DNA from: Chrysemys picta bellii
Lineage: Eukaryota
Direction of reading: 5' to 3'
DNA length: 64,000 bases
Assembly (NCBI RefSeq): GCF_011386835.1
Contig: NC_088806.1
Location: forward strand, 31,682,001-31,746,000
The notes beneath the pieces were generated by a model. The model ran no database searches, was not told the DNA's origin, and worked only from the letters and a program-made list of their open reading frames with translations. Each line of letters begins with the position of its first letter. The stretch's first letter is position 1. The translations under genes and the position numbers were made by a program. Of this stretch, positions 11,613 to 21,783 are shown one piece after another.

Positions 11613-11786
11613 GCAGCCAAACCACCGGATTTAAATCCTGAGACAGAAGAGAGTATCCCATCCAGAAGTTCTCCCGAAGGTCCAGATCCTCCTGTTCTAA
11701 CAGAGGTCAGCAAGCAGGAGGAGCAGCAGCCTCTGGACCTGGAAGGAGTGAAAAGAAAAATGGATCAAGGAGGTTACACTTCCGTG
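11613..11786 (+). CDS. KMT2A: KMT2A exon 16
   Basis: AAKPPDLNPETEESIPSRSSPEGPDPPVLTE...YTSV. Confidence 0.96.
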
Positions 11787-12681
11787 GTATGTCAAAGTTA
11801 GGGGGTAACTTCTCATTCTTGTTATAATTGCTCAGTTATAATAAATCCCCTTTTCTGGTGACTATAACGCCATCTTTGTGAAGTAGCTCATAGAATGCCT
11901 AAGTCCGATCTTTATTGAACAAGGAAACTTTTAAAAATATTAAATAATATTAAAGGGAAGCTTTTAAAATATTAAATTTACACCATTTTGTTGCATGTTG
12001 TTTTACACTGAGAAGGCATTTAGTTACAATTATTTCTGTTGCTGGTGAAAAATCTGTATCCAAGAAAACAGGAGGAGAGGATACCTTTTGTGTGTTACTT
12101 CTAACTAAATATATATAGCTCAGTGACTTCATTGATTTTGTTTTCATCTGAGTTCTCTGGAAATTAATTATTCATATTTAGAAGGAAGAGAGTCTTGGGA
12201 GCAGTATATGTAAAAATGCTAATATAACTGAATCAGCTTGCTATGTAAGGAACCAGCATTGAATAATGTGATAATCTTACCAATTTTATTTTTTTCAGAA
12301 GCTTTTTCATTTTAAGATAATCTTGCCTTTGAATGCATATTCTATTTCCACTGCAACCACAGGCCGTGTGTCTTTAAAATAACCGCAAAACTTGACCAAG
12401 ACACTGTATAAAATGGCAGTTTAGTTACCTCATAAGATCTGTTTTGCTTCTCTTGGTATTGGGTGAGGGAAAATCATGTAAAGTTCCACATCACTTAGAA
12501 GCAACCCCGCCAGTCAATTCGCAAATCATTGTGCAACTTGAGGTGTAAAGGGGGCAAGATCTGAGCTTTTGAGGAGGAGCATCCCATTCCGTGGGGGCTT
12601 ACCATGCAGACTAAGAATTTGGAGATGGCGCAGGTGTGCAGAAGAGGGTAACGTTGATATGAACTGTGTGTTTTCTTGTAG

Positions 12682-12792
12682 TTGGAATTTAGTGACGATA
12701 TTGTGAAGATTATTCAAGCAGCCATTAATTCAGATGGAGGGCAACCTGAAGTTAAAAAAGCTAATAGCATGGTCAAGTCCTTCTTTATTCGG
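12682..12792 (+). CDS. KMT2A: KMT2A exon 17 (bromo)
   Basis: LEFSDDIVKIIQAAINSDGGQPEVKKANSMVKSFFIR. Confidence 0.96.
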
Positions 12793-13161
12793 GTGAGGAA
12801 TACAGTTTATTTTTAAATGCTGCTTTCTACGTAATTACCTCTTTGTTTTAAAATTTAAAAAAATAAAAATAAAAAAAAAAGTTTGTCCCTTGATTCCCAA
12901 ACTTCCAGATTAGCTGTTTGTGCTGCCACTGGAATTCAAAGAGTTCATCACATTCTGTGTACTTAGCATCTTTCTGGTTAAGCTATTGGTTAGTTGGCTG
13001 TCCTTGGGAAATAAGTTAGTACCTTGGCACAGTTCTCAACCTTAATGAAGTCTTCTTGGCTGACCTGAGATCTGCACATTTGCTGTGGATTTTGGATGAA
13101 TTTCTTTGATCTTTTCATTAATATTTTCTTATATTTTAATTTAGCGTTGTTTTTATTTCAG

Positions 13162-13235
13162 CAAATGGAGCGTGTTTTTCCATGGTTCAGTGTAAAAAAA
13201 TCCAGGTTTTGGGAGCCAAATAAAGTAACAAGCAA
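13162..13235 (+). CDS. KMT2A: KMT2A exon 18
   Basis: QMERVFPWFSVKKSRFWEPNKVTS. Confidence 0.95.
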
Positions 13236-13679
13236 GTAAGTAACTGTTCTGTATCCAGAAGCAGCACCCTGCAGTTTGTCAGCTGTCAAAGCAAAAAAAG
13301 AACAAGACATGCTGTTAGTTAGTAGTAAAAAAAAAACAGTCAAATTCCCAGATGGGTTTATTGGATGCATTTTGTGCTTCTGAAGCTGAGAGACTAAAAG
13401 CATGATATAGAGCCTGGTTTTGTGTGTGCTGATGTGGTGTGAGCTGCCCTCTGTCTAGCATCGCCTTCGTTCTGTGTTTATATCATCCCTGAAGGAAACA
13501 GACGACAGCAACACAAATGTTGAAATGTAACTGATTGGTAGTAGTGATTAGTTGAGAGCAGAATACAGGTTTTAAGTATTGAAAGGAACTGTAACTGGAT
13601 ACAGACTGTAGGTTGTTTACAGTATCCAGGTCACTTGGTAGAGCCAGGTCTGACCGTTGACTCCTCTTTACATTTTCAG

Positions 13680-13873
13680 CAGTGGGATGTTGCCGAATGC
13701 AGTGCTGCCCCCTTCACTTGACCATAATTATGCTCAGTGGCAGGAGCGTGAAGAGAATAACCACACTGAACAGCCCCCTTTGATGAAGAAAATCATTCCA
13801 GCTCCAAAACCCAAAGGGCCTGGAGAACCAGATTCACCAACTCCGCTGCATCCGCCGACACCACCTATCTCTA
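13680..13873 (+). CDS. KMT2A: KMT2A exon 19
   Basis: SGMLPNAVLPPSLDHNYAQWQERE...PLHPPTPP. Confidence 0.96.
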
Positions 13874-14890
13874 GTAAGAAACCAGATCCCTGTAGAGGTG
13901 ACCCAAACCCTGATGTGCCCATCCTTCTCCAAAATCTTGAGAGCCAAGGGGTAGACTGTATTAGCTCCACACGGAGACTTGTACATGTTCATTCTTTGAG
14001 AGAATTCTTGGGTGTATTTGAATAATCTGTGAATGGGTTCATGGTCTCTTGCTAGTTCAGCCCTTATCAAGCAATCAGCATATTTGCTGTTTGCTGGAAC
14101 TGATTGAGGCACATCCAGGATCCTGGCAGCTCCACTCAAGTAAACTGGGCACAAGGGCCGGCTGTAGGGAGAGGAGAAGAGGGCAGCAGGACCTAGGCTG
14201 CTGGGGTGGGAGGCAGAGAGGAGAATGGCAGGGACACGATACAGAAGGCAATATGAAGTTGCAGAGCAGTGCCGGGGCAGAAGAAGAACAGCTCCATTAA
14301 GGACACCAGGAGCTGCAAGGATAGTCACCACAAGCGAGATCAAAGGAGGCTCCAGTTGGTCATGGGAGCAGCCCTATATCATGGGACTATTACACAGGAA
14401 GTCTCAGCCCTTGGGGTGGTGTCTGTCTTTTCTTCATCCTTTTTTCTCTCCCTGCCCATGAGGAGGGGGAGGTCAGGGGACTAGGTGTGAGACCTGACAT
14501 TCTACTGGTCCCTCTACCTGTCTCTTCTGGGTCAGGAAGAGACAAATACATAGAAATGCCTGGCTTGAAAGGAGGCTGCAAAGGAACACCTTAAAAGAAC
14601 TTAACCTGAACAGTTGTCTGGGATTCCTCTGCTGAGCCATGGCCAGTATCATGTTCATTTCTCCCCAGAAAGTGGCCCTGTAGCCCCTGAGGTCTGCCTT
14701 ACTGACCCTGGTCTTTGGTTTGAAACATTCAGGCTAGTAATGAAAGCTGCATATGCTGCTATTTGACTCTTCTACATTTGTGCACTTAAAACTCTTAAAC
14801 TGACAAGTTTTCTAAATAAGTATTTCCCTCTCCCACTCTCTCTTTAAGAACCAGTTGCCAAGAATAAACATTCTTTCTTTTTGCTATAAG

Positions 14891-14997
14891 GCTCTGATAG
14901 AAGCCGGGAGGATAGCCCTGAACTTAATCCACCTCCTGATGTGGAAGACAATAGGCAGTGTGCACTCTGTCTGAAATATGGTGATGATAGTGCTAAC
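14891..14997 (+). CDS. KMT2A: KMT2A exon 20 (ePHD4 start)
   Basis: SDRSREDSPELNPPPDVEDNRQCALCLKYGDDSAN. Confidence 0.96.
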
Positions 14998-15564
14998 GTA
15001 AGTATCTGCACAGCACTCTCTCTATAATAGTGACAGAGTATGACGATGGATTGTCCTTTTGAGCTGCCATTGGTAACAGGATAGATGCTTACTGATTTCT
15101 CTGGTCATAGTTAATATTAAAGTAGTATTGCTTGCATTAGGTCAAAAAAACCTTTTTCTTTAAGCCTGGTTTGTTCTGATCAGGAGTGTGGTTTGGTTTT
15201 AATTCCAAATTTAATTTAATTTTATTTATTTATTTTTTATTTTTTTGGCATTTTAAGAGTCACTCTTTTGTTACGAGTTCACGAAATAATGCATAGAGGG
15301 AAATTATGAGCTGCATTTATTTCCGATGAAATTTCTGATTCTGGGACACAGACAGAAAACCTGTAGAAACAAAAGTTTAATTTTTCAGCTTCCAATAGCA
15401 CATTGAGCATATAACAGGTTAAAATTGGAGCTTAACTACTATTTAGGCTGTCCTTTTTTTAAACTGAGATTACTGCTAATTTGCTAAACTTCCTTTTTGG
15501 GTGGATTGAAATCCAGTGCAAGTGGAAATTTGCTGGGATCTTTGTGCATTGCTGTACCTTAGGA

Positions 15565-15658
15565 CAGTGGTTTTCAACCTTTGTTGAAATGTCTAAGATT
15601 TCGAAAGGAGTGCACACCTCCCAGGAGTCTGCAAATGAAAAAAGATTGAAAACCACTG
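15565..15658. mobile_element. 94-bp hAT-Charlie/MER5-like mini-MITE
   Basis: TIRs CAGTGGTTTTCAACCT / AGATTGAAAACCACTG. Confidence 0.75.
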
Positions 15659-15704
15659 TCCTAAGGAATCTTTGAAAAACTATTTATTACATGTTTTTCT
15701 TTAG

Positions 15705-15842
15705 GATGCTGGACGTCTCCTGTACATTGGCCAGAATGAATGGACACATGTAAACTGTGCTCTATGGTCAGCAGAAGTGTTTGAGGATGATGATGGGTCT
15801 CTGAAAAATGTACACATGGCTGTGATCAGAGGGAAGCAGTTG
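15705..15842 (+). CDS. KMT2A: KMT2A exon 21
   Basis: DAGRLLYIGQNEWTHVNCALWSAEVFEDDDGSLKNVHMAVIRGKQL. Confidence 0.97.
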
Positions 15843-16279
15843 GTGAGTATAAGCAACTGTGGCTTGGTTAGGGTTGAGACTGGAGTCCATCTAAAGGAAT
15901 TCTTGTGGGTTTTTTCCCTCCTCTCCCTTCCTATTATTAATGTAAGTTTTACCACTGTCTGTAACATAGAGTATGTTCTCTAACTAGTCCTTCGGCTGGC
16001 TGGCTGGCATTTGAAAGCCTACTTTTCATCCTGATGCAGTGTGAACTCCTGGTATAGAAAAATGTTGGAGACCAAAGGGTTAATTTGCTTGTAATAGGAG
16101 GGCAACACTTTATGGACTCAGAATTTTACAGGGGAATCTCCCATGAACAAATTCTTTGTGAGTTCAGCACTTAAGAACCATGGCAACAATGAGGGATGTC
16201 AATTGCACAGCTAAATGTTGCACTAAAATATGAAATGTATAACTACATACTGCACTGTGACTCCCTTCTGAGAACAAAC

Positions 16280-16487
16280 GTTACTACATGACCGCAGGAA
16301 GGGGGATCAAAGCCTGAGCCCAGACAAGCCCCACTGCCCCAGGCGGAGGGTCCAAAGCTTGAGCCTCACAACCCGGGCTTGGGCTTCAGCCCCAGGCCAC
16401 AGCAAGTCTAACACCAGCCCTGGCAACCCCATTAAAATGGGTTTGCAACCCACTGTGGGGTCCTGACTCACAGTTTGAGAACTGCTG
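16280..16487 (-). mobile_element. hAT-Charlie-like MITE terminus
   Basis: Ends CAGTTTGAGAACTGCTG (hAT-type TIR); GC-rich subterminal repeats; other end not found. Confidence 0.6.
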
Positions 16488-16540
16488 CTATATATAGTTA
16501 GGACTTTCTGGTTCATCTCTGTCTGCATTTGCCTTTAGCG

Positions 16541-16752
16541 GGGAGGGATAGCTCAGTGGTTTGAGCATTGGCCTGCTTAGCGCCCAGGGTTGTGAGTTCA
16601 ATCCTTGAGGGAGCCACTTAGGGATCTGGGGCAAAATCAGTACTTGGTTCTGCTAGTGAAGGCAGGGGGCTGGACTCGATGACCTTTCAAGGTCCCTTCC
16701 AGTTCTAGGAGATAGGATATCTCCATTAATTTAATTTAATTTTAATTTATTT
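16541..16752 (+). mobile_element. tRNA-derived tortoise-type polIII SINE
   Basis: A box 16549-59, B box 16594-604, CR1-type tail, (ATTTA)n end. Confidence 0.92.
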
Positions 16753-17636
16753 AAAAATTTGATTCTAGTGAGGCTTGGGTAAGAGAGAGACGCTATTCCT
16801 AGATCAAAATTCCAGGATAACTGGGCTGAAGAGTGTTAGTTCAAAATAAGTTATTGACTGAGCCAAAATGGCTGCTTGCCATTTGTGGATGTTCATAAAA
16901 TCCAGGATAGGTTGGTTACTCTTTAGAGATCTCACCTACAGAGAGAGACATCATCATAAACTCTGCAAAAGGTTTTTCTAAATTCTGACCAGACTTGGAA
17001 AATGGAGTAACCTTCTTATTGTGACACAGTGGCTGCTTTCTTTCTAGAAGAAAGGAAATGGGGCTGAAGGCAATGGCACAAATCAAATTGAAGTAATCTG
17101 GCCAAATCTTGGTATTGCATCATTTCCCCCTAAACAATGATTTTCATATTAAAGCTTCAAAAATAGTGATAAATTGTGCCTGTATTTTGGCCAGCAGCAA
17201 GCCCTACAGGAGGGAGTAGTTGCCATTTCTAGGTCAGGGGTGCACATGCACAATGGTGCAGGCTTCATCCAAGCATACCTGTGTGGTTCTTGGCCTGAAG
17301 GATAAGCAGGATAACCTCTCTGTGGATTTTGAGGGATCCAAAGTTTAGGTGGAAAATAGTATGGTCTTCAGGGAATTTTCCTCTTTCTCCACTGCAACCC
17401 CCCCCGTCCCTCCCCTCCCCCTCCCCCCCGCGCACACATGTGCGCTGTCTCCTGTGGATGGGTTTTTGGATGTGAGCCTATGCAAAATAACTCATTGTAT
17501 AATTTTTGACTTTCATTAACATAAGCTCATTCAAAGTCTAACCCCCTTTTTCAGTCTGTGAAAGAAACAAATGATAGTGACATGATGATTTGTTCGAAAA
17601 GACGTCTCTGTAATTTTCCATGTTTTGGCTTTGTAG

Positions 17637-17795
17637 AGATGCGAGTTCTGCCAAAAGTCAGGCGCCACAGTAGGCTGCTGTCTTACTTCCTGCACTAGCA
17701 ACTATCACTTCATGTGCTCCCGAGCCAAGAACTGTGTCTTTCTGGATGATAAGAAAGTGTACTGCCAGCGGCATCGTGACTTGATCAAAGGAGAG
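17637..17795 (+). CDS. KMT2A: KMT2A exon 22 (PHD4)
   Basis: RCEFCQKSGATVGCCLTSCTSNYHFMCSRAKNCVFLDDKKVYCQRHRDLIKGE. Confidence 0.97.
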
Positions 17796-18096
17796 GTGAG
17801 ATCACACTCTCATACCCCTTTTTGTCCAAGGCTTGGAAGAACTGTAGCAATAAGCATTTTTATTTCTTAAAAGGTTTAGGTGAATGTCCTCTTCATGAAA
17901 GTAAGGATCTGACACACCAGTGGGCAAGAGAGGTTAGTGATGTGACTAACAGCTCTGGATAGGTGTGGCAAGTGCTGTATAAGTCTCCACACAGCCCCAT
18001 CTGAGAGACCAAATCAAGTATCCGTTGAGCGAGGCTGGGTGAAACATGCATGTTTCCTTTAAAATTAATGTGTTGCTCGGGGGGTTCTTGCTCTAG

Positions 18097-18214
18097 GTGG
18101 TACCGGAGAATGGGTTTGAAGTTCTTAGAAGAGTTTTTGTGGACTTCGAAGGGATCAGTTTGAGAAGAAAATTTCTTAGTGGCCTGGAGCCAGAAAACAT
18201 CCACATGATGATTG
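18097..18214 (+). CDS. KMT2A: KMT2A exon 23
   Basis: VVPENGFEVLRRVFVDFEGISLRRKFLSGLEPENIHMMIG. Confidence 0.96.
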
Positions 18215-18311
18215 GTAAGGCCTGTGTCTCTTAGCGGTTGTTCTATCTTTTGGTGCTGGAATCTGATCTCCTCTCTCTTCTAGAACTCTTCTTGTCCTCT
18301 TTCTGGTTTAG

Positions 18312-18390
18312 GTTCAATGACTATAGACTGCTTAGGAATTCTGAATGATCTGTCAGACTGTGAAGACAAGCTGTTCCCCATTGGTTATCA
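18312..18390 (+). CDS. KMT2A: KMT2A exon 24 (FYRN)
   Basis: SMTIDCLGILNDLSDCEDKLFPIGYQ; preceded by a 97-nt intron. Confidence 0.96.
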
Positions 18391-18678
18391 GTAAGTATAA
18401 ACTGTTGCATCATTAGGTAGATCTTACTGTACTAGACTCTTATCAGTCATGGGCTCGATCCATAAGTCTTTATTCAGGGAAATTTCCATTGAAGCTGATT
18501 GTAGCTTGCTTGAGCAAAAACTGCTCAAGAACCTTGGGATTTGGCTGGCATGACTCCAAATAGTACAGGAAGCATATAGCCTCCATAGTTTTGAGAAGAT
18601 GAAAACTGAAGACAGGAATGTGGAGGTCTCTCTCTACATTAGTGACAAAATTTATTTTACTTTCTAAATATTTTCCAG

Positions 18679-18839
18679 GTGTTCCAGGGTGTACTGGAGC
18701 ACAACAGACGCTCGGAAGCGCTGTGTGTATACTTGTAAGATCATGGAATGTCGACCTCCTGTCATAGAGCCAGATATCAATAGCACTGTAGAGCATGATG
18801 AGAACAGGACAATTGCTCATAGTCCAGCACCCCCAACAG
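18679..18839 (+). CDS. KMT2A: KMT2A exon 25 (FYRN), ends at a GC donor
   Basis: CSRVYWSTTDARKRCVYTCKIMECRPP...; CAG|GCAAGT is the only phase-compatible donor. Confidence 0.9.
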
Positions 18840-19981
18840 GCAAGTCTCTTAAGATACTTTTATAGTGGCAAATCCTCTGTATATTTTTTTCTTCAACCAT
18901 ATGGCTCATTATTTTTAGTAAGCAGGTGAGAGATATTCCAGAACGTGAATTTTTTGTCCTGTGCTCAGTGTCCTGTGTGTTCTTGGACATAGAACTTGAC
19001 ACAGAATACCCTCTGTGCTGCAGAAGTGTGCTCCAGTGTCTTATGATTTTATTTTAGAAAATTGTTTCTAAGGCTCAGGGTTGCATAGGTAGTCTTGGAA
19101 CCTTGAACCAAAGCTGATGCAGCATTGCCTTCCAGTCTTCAGCTCGAGCGATTGTGTCAGGCTGAGAGCTGTGAACTGACCCATTTGTCACAGGGGTGTT
19201 AACTCTGAAACCAAACATTATGCTTTAAATGTCAATATTGGTAAATATTTCACTGCTGTTAGTTTTAGCAAAATCCGCTAACTGCTATGCCTGTTCCATA
19301 ATTCCAGACTGCTTCCTACTCTTCCACAGATGCTGACAGCCTCAGTTACCTCCTTCCAAGCTGTCAAAACCTCCAGCTTCACTTCCAGACAACTTCTACA
19401 ATGCAGTTATGCGTTGTCAGTACAAAAACCTGCAGTATATTAAAAACATACACAAAAGGGCGTCTGTCTTATTATTTTAGGCACCTCTGACAAAAATAAA
19501 AAACAACCTGAAACAGCTAAATGCACCAATAATCTCCAATAAAATTCCTCTCCTCTTCAAGCCCTACATCCTCAAAAGCCTGAGTATTCAGATAAGCCTT
19601 GTATTGCCCCTTGAAGATCAGCTGAACCTAGCTGTTCTGACCTAGAGCGAGGATAGCTCCCAAAGCAATGAATCTCTCTGAAAATATTCTATCACCTTGG
19701 GGCTCCATTTCAAGTCTCTCTTGATCACAACTGTGGCAGTATTGCACAAGAAGAGACTGTTTCTCAGGTCGGCAGGTCCTAGGCCATTTAGATCAAAACC
19801 AAATTATTTAAATCCTCCATTTTTCATTTAAAATACAGTTGCCACAAAATTTCAAGTTTGCTGCCCCAAGACTGCTGCAACAGAATCCTTTGAGCCTTGC
19901 TGTAGAATTGAAATCGATCTTGCTGAAAAGTACATGAGGACTTTGACTGTAGTGCAAGTCTATGGATAGAAGGGGAGAGTA

Positions 19982-20230
19982 AGGGTTTGTCTACACACTG
20001 TGGCAGTGTGCACTAGACTGGTGTAAATTGCAAATTGTAAATTGATCAAAAGCATTGCTCTGCCAATGCTTTCTAAGAGGTTCCTCATGTTAACATAGTA
20101 GTGTTTCAGAAAGAACCACATCAGTGGGCACTGGATGCCTTTTAGAGCATGTCAGTAGGGGCTACATGGGGCAGTTGGGGCACACCAGAATGTACACTCC
20201 TCTGGTATGCAGTGCTTCACTGAGTACCTA
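19982..20230. mobile_element. Possible old Harbinger-type MITE remnant
   Basis: Begins AGGGTTTGTCTACAC like the other Harbinger TIRs; right end degenerate. Confidence 0.3.
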
Positions 20231-20611
20231 AGTAGGTAGTTATAGCCAAGGCTTGGGAATCAGGAGACTTTTTTATTACTGTAGTGGCAAAGGTGTTCAT
20301 GGGGCTTTATTGACATGTAAAAAGATAAGGTCATTACCCCAGGGCAAAGTATTGGAGAAGCTGCCACATGGGTGGGTCATAAATTAGTTTTACGTTGTGT
20401 GTTTTTTGTTTAAGAGTTTCATCTGAAAAAACGTATTTCGGAGCAAGAAATTAGACTATTACTTCCTGAGGATCTAATACAAGCTGTCAGTGGTTTTATG
20501 TTTTGTTTAAAAAATGTATCTTGACTTCTCTGAGTGAAACTTGTCAACAACAGATGGTCCAGGGTTTTAGTTTTTAATGTCTGAATTTTTATTACTCTTA
20601 CTCTGCAGCAG

Positions 20612-20797
20612 AAACTCTATCCAAAGAGAGTCGAAATACACCAGAAATGGTAAACCCTCCATCTCCAGATCGTCCCCTGCATTCTCAAACCTCCAGTTCC
20701 TGTTACTATCCTCTGATCTCAAAAGGTCCCAGGGTCAGGACACCAATCTATCCCCTAACACAGCGGTCTCCTGGGTCTAGGCCTTTGCCCTCTGCAG
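20612..20797 (+). CDS. KMT2A: KMT2A exon 26
   Basis: ETLSKESRNTPEMVNPPSPDRP...RSPGSRPLPSAG; CAGCAG tandem acceptor (20609 or 20612). Confidence 0.9.
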
Positions 20798-21783
20798 GTA
20801 TTGTGCTGCCTTTCTTTCGTTGTTTTTGTGTCTCTCTCATGCTTTGTTTCTCAGAAGTTCTGCTCACTTTAGATACTCAGTTTGTTTGTTGTGGAGATGA
20901 TAGTGCAAAACGGAGCATGAGGGAAGAAGAGAGATTCTGGGGGATGTGCGGGAGAGGTTATTTGTCAAGGGCTGCATACTCAAAACAAAATATGCCCAGG
21001 AAAAGGCTCTAGAATTGTAATAGCTCTCAGCAGCGGTCATAGTTTTGGCTTATTAAGGTCCCAAAAACTTGAAATGGCACTTTTTAGTGAGACTCAGAAT
21101 TTCAGTATCTTGGGTGATGTAATTCTTTTGTGTGGTGATCATGTGTTCTTTAAAAAGCATTTGTAGAAACTTTTATAAAAAGCTTTGAAATCCTTTGGAT
21201 GAAAGATATACCAAAGTTCAGTTTTAGTCAAAAAGAGGGCATACTTACTGAATTATTTCCAGAGTGTGTTGAAAACCTACATTAAGTATCAGTTCAAATT
21301 TACTTTTAAAGACAAAATAGTAATCCTCTTATGTTATCCTGAAACTACTTTGCTCTGACATTAACATGTGTAATGTTGCCAGCAGTGAGAGGTAGCAGGT
21401 AAAATAACACTTCTGAGTTATTTTGAATTCATTTGTTTAACTTTTGTGATATCTTTGTAAATCAGAATTAGTTCTTGCATTTCAGAGACTTGAAATTGTG
21501 TAGCAACGAACCCTACAGGGTATGATTCAGAAATTATCAACATTAGCTTCAAAAGATGCAGAGCTGACAATATTGGATGTTTACAAAGAGACTGATTTTG
21601 GGGGAACGCGTATCTTCAGTCTTATTTCTTCATTTTTAATTTGACAGTATTTCTAAAATATATTTTGTTTGTTGAATTTCTTAGATATGTACGTCGTTTG
21701 TATAATCAAATGGCATGTATGTGTTGGCTGTGTGATACCCATATTGTTTCACTGTATTTTTTTTCCCTGCTTTTCCTCTTCAG

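Noticed and set aside
13402-13492. C/D-like ATGATAT...CTGA with 8-bp inverted ends in KMT2A intron 18
   Set aside because: Degenerate C box and no canonical closing stem; compatible with chance
16541-16615. tRNA gene (also 2035-2108 on the minus strand)
   Set aside because: A and B boxes present but no proper acceptor stem; continues into a CR1-type tail, so these are SINE heads
17398-17429. C-rich tract (minus-strand G4 or i-motif) in intron 21
   Set aside because: Simple low-complexity run with no other supporting signal
21669-21783. N-terminal extension of the 1478-aa ORF as a standalone gene
   Set aside because: Intronic read-through upstream of the CAG acceptor at 21783; the ORF is KMT2A exon 27
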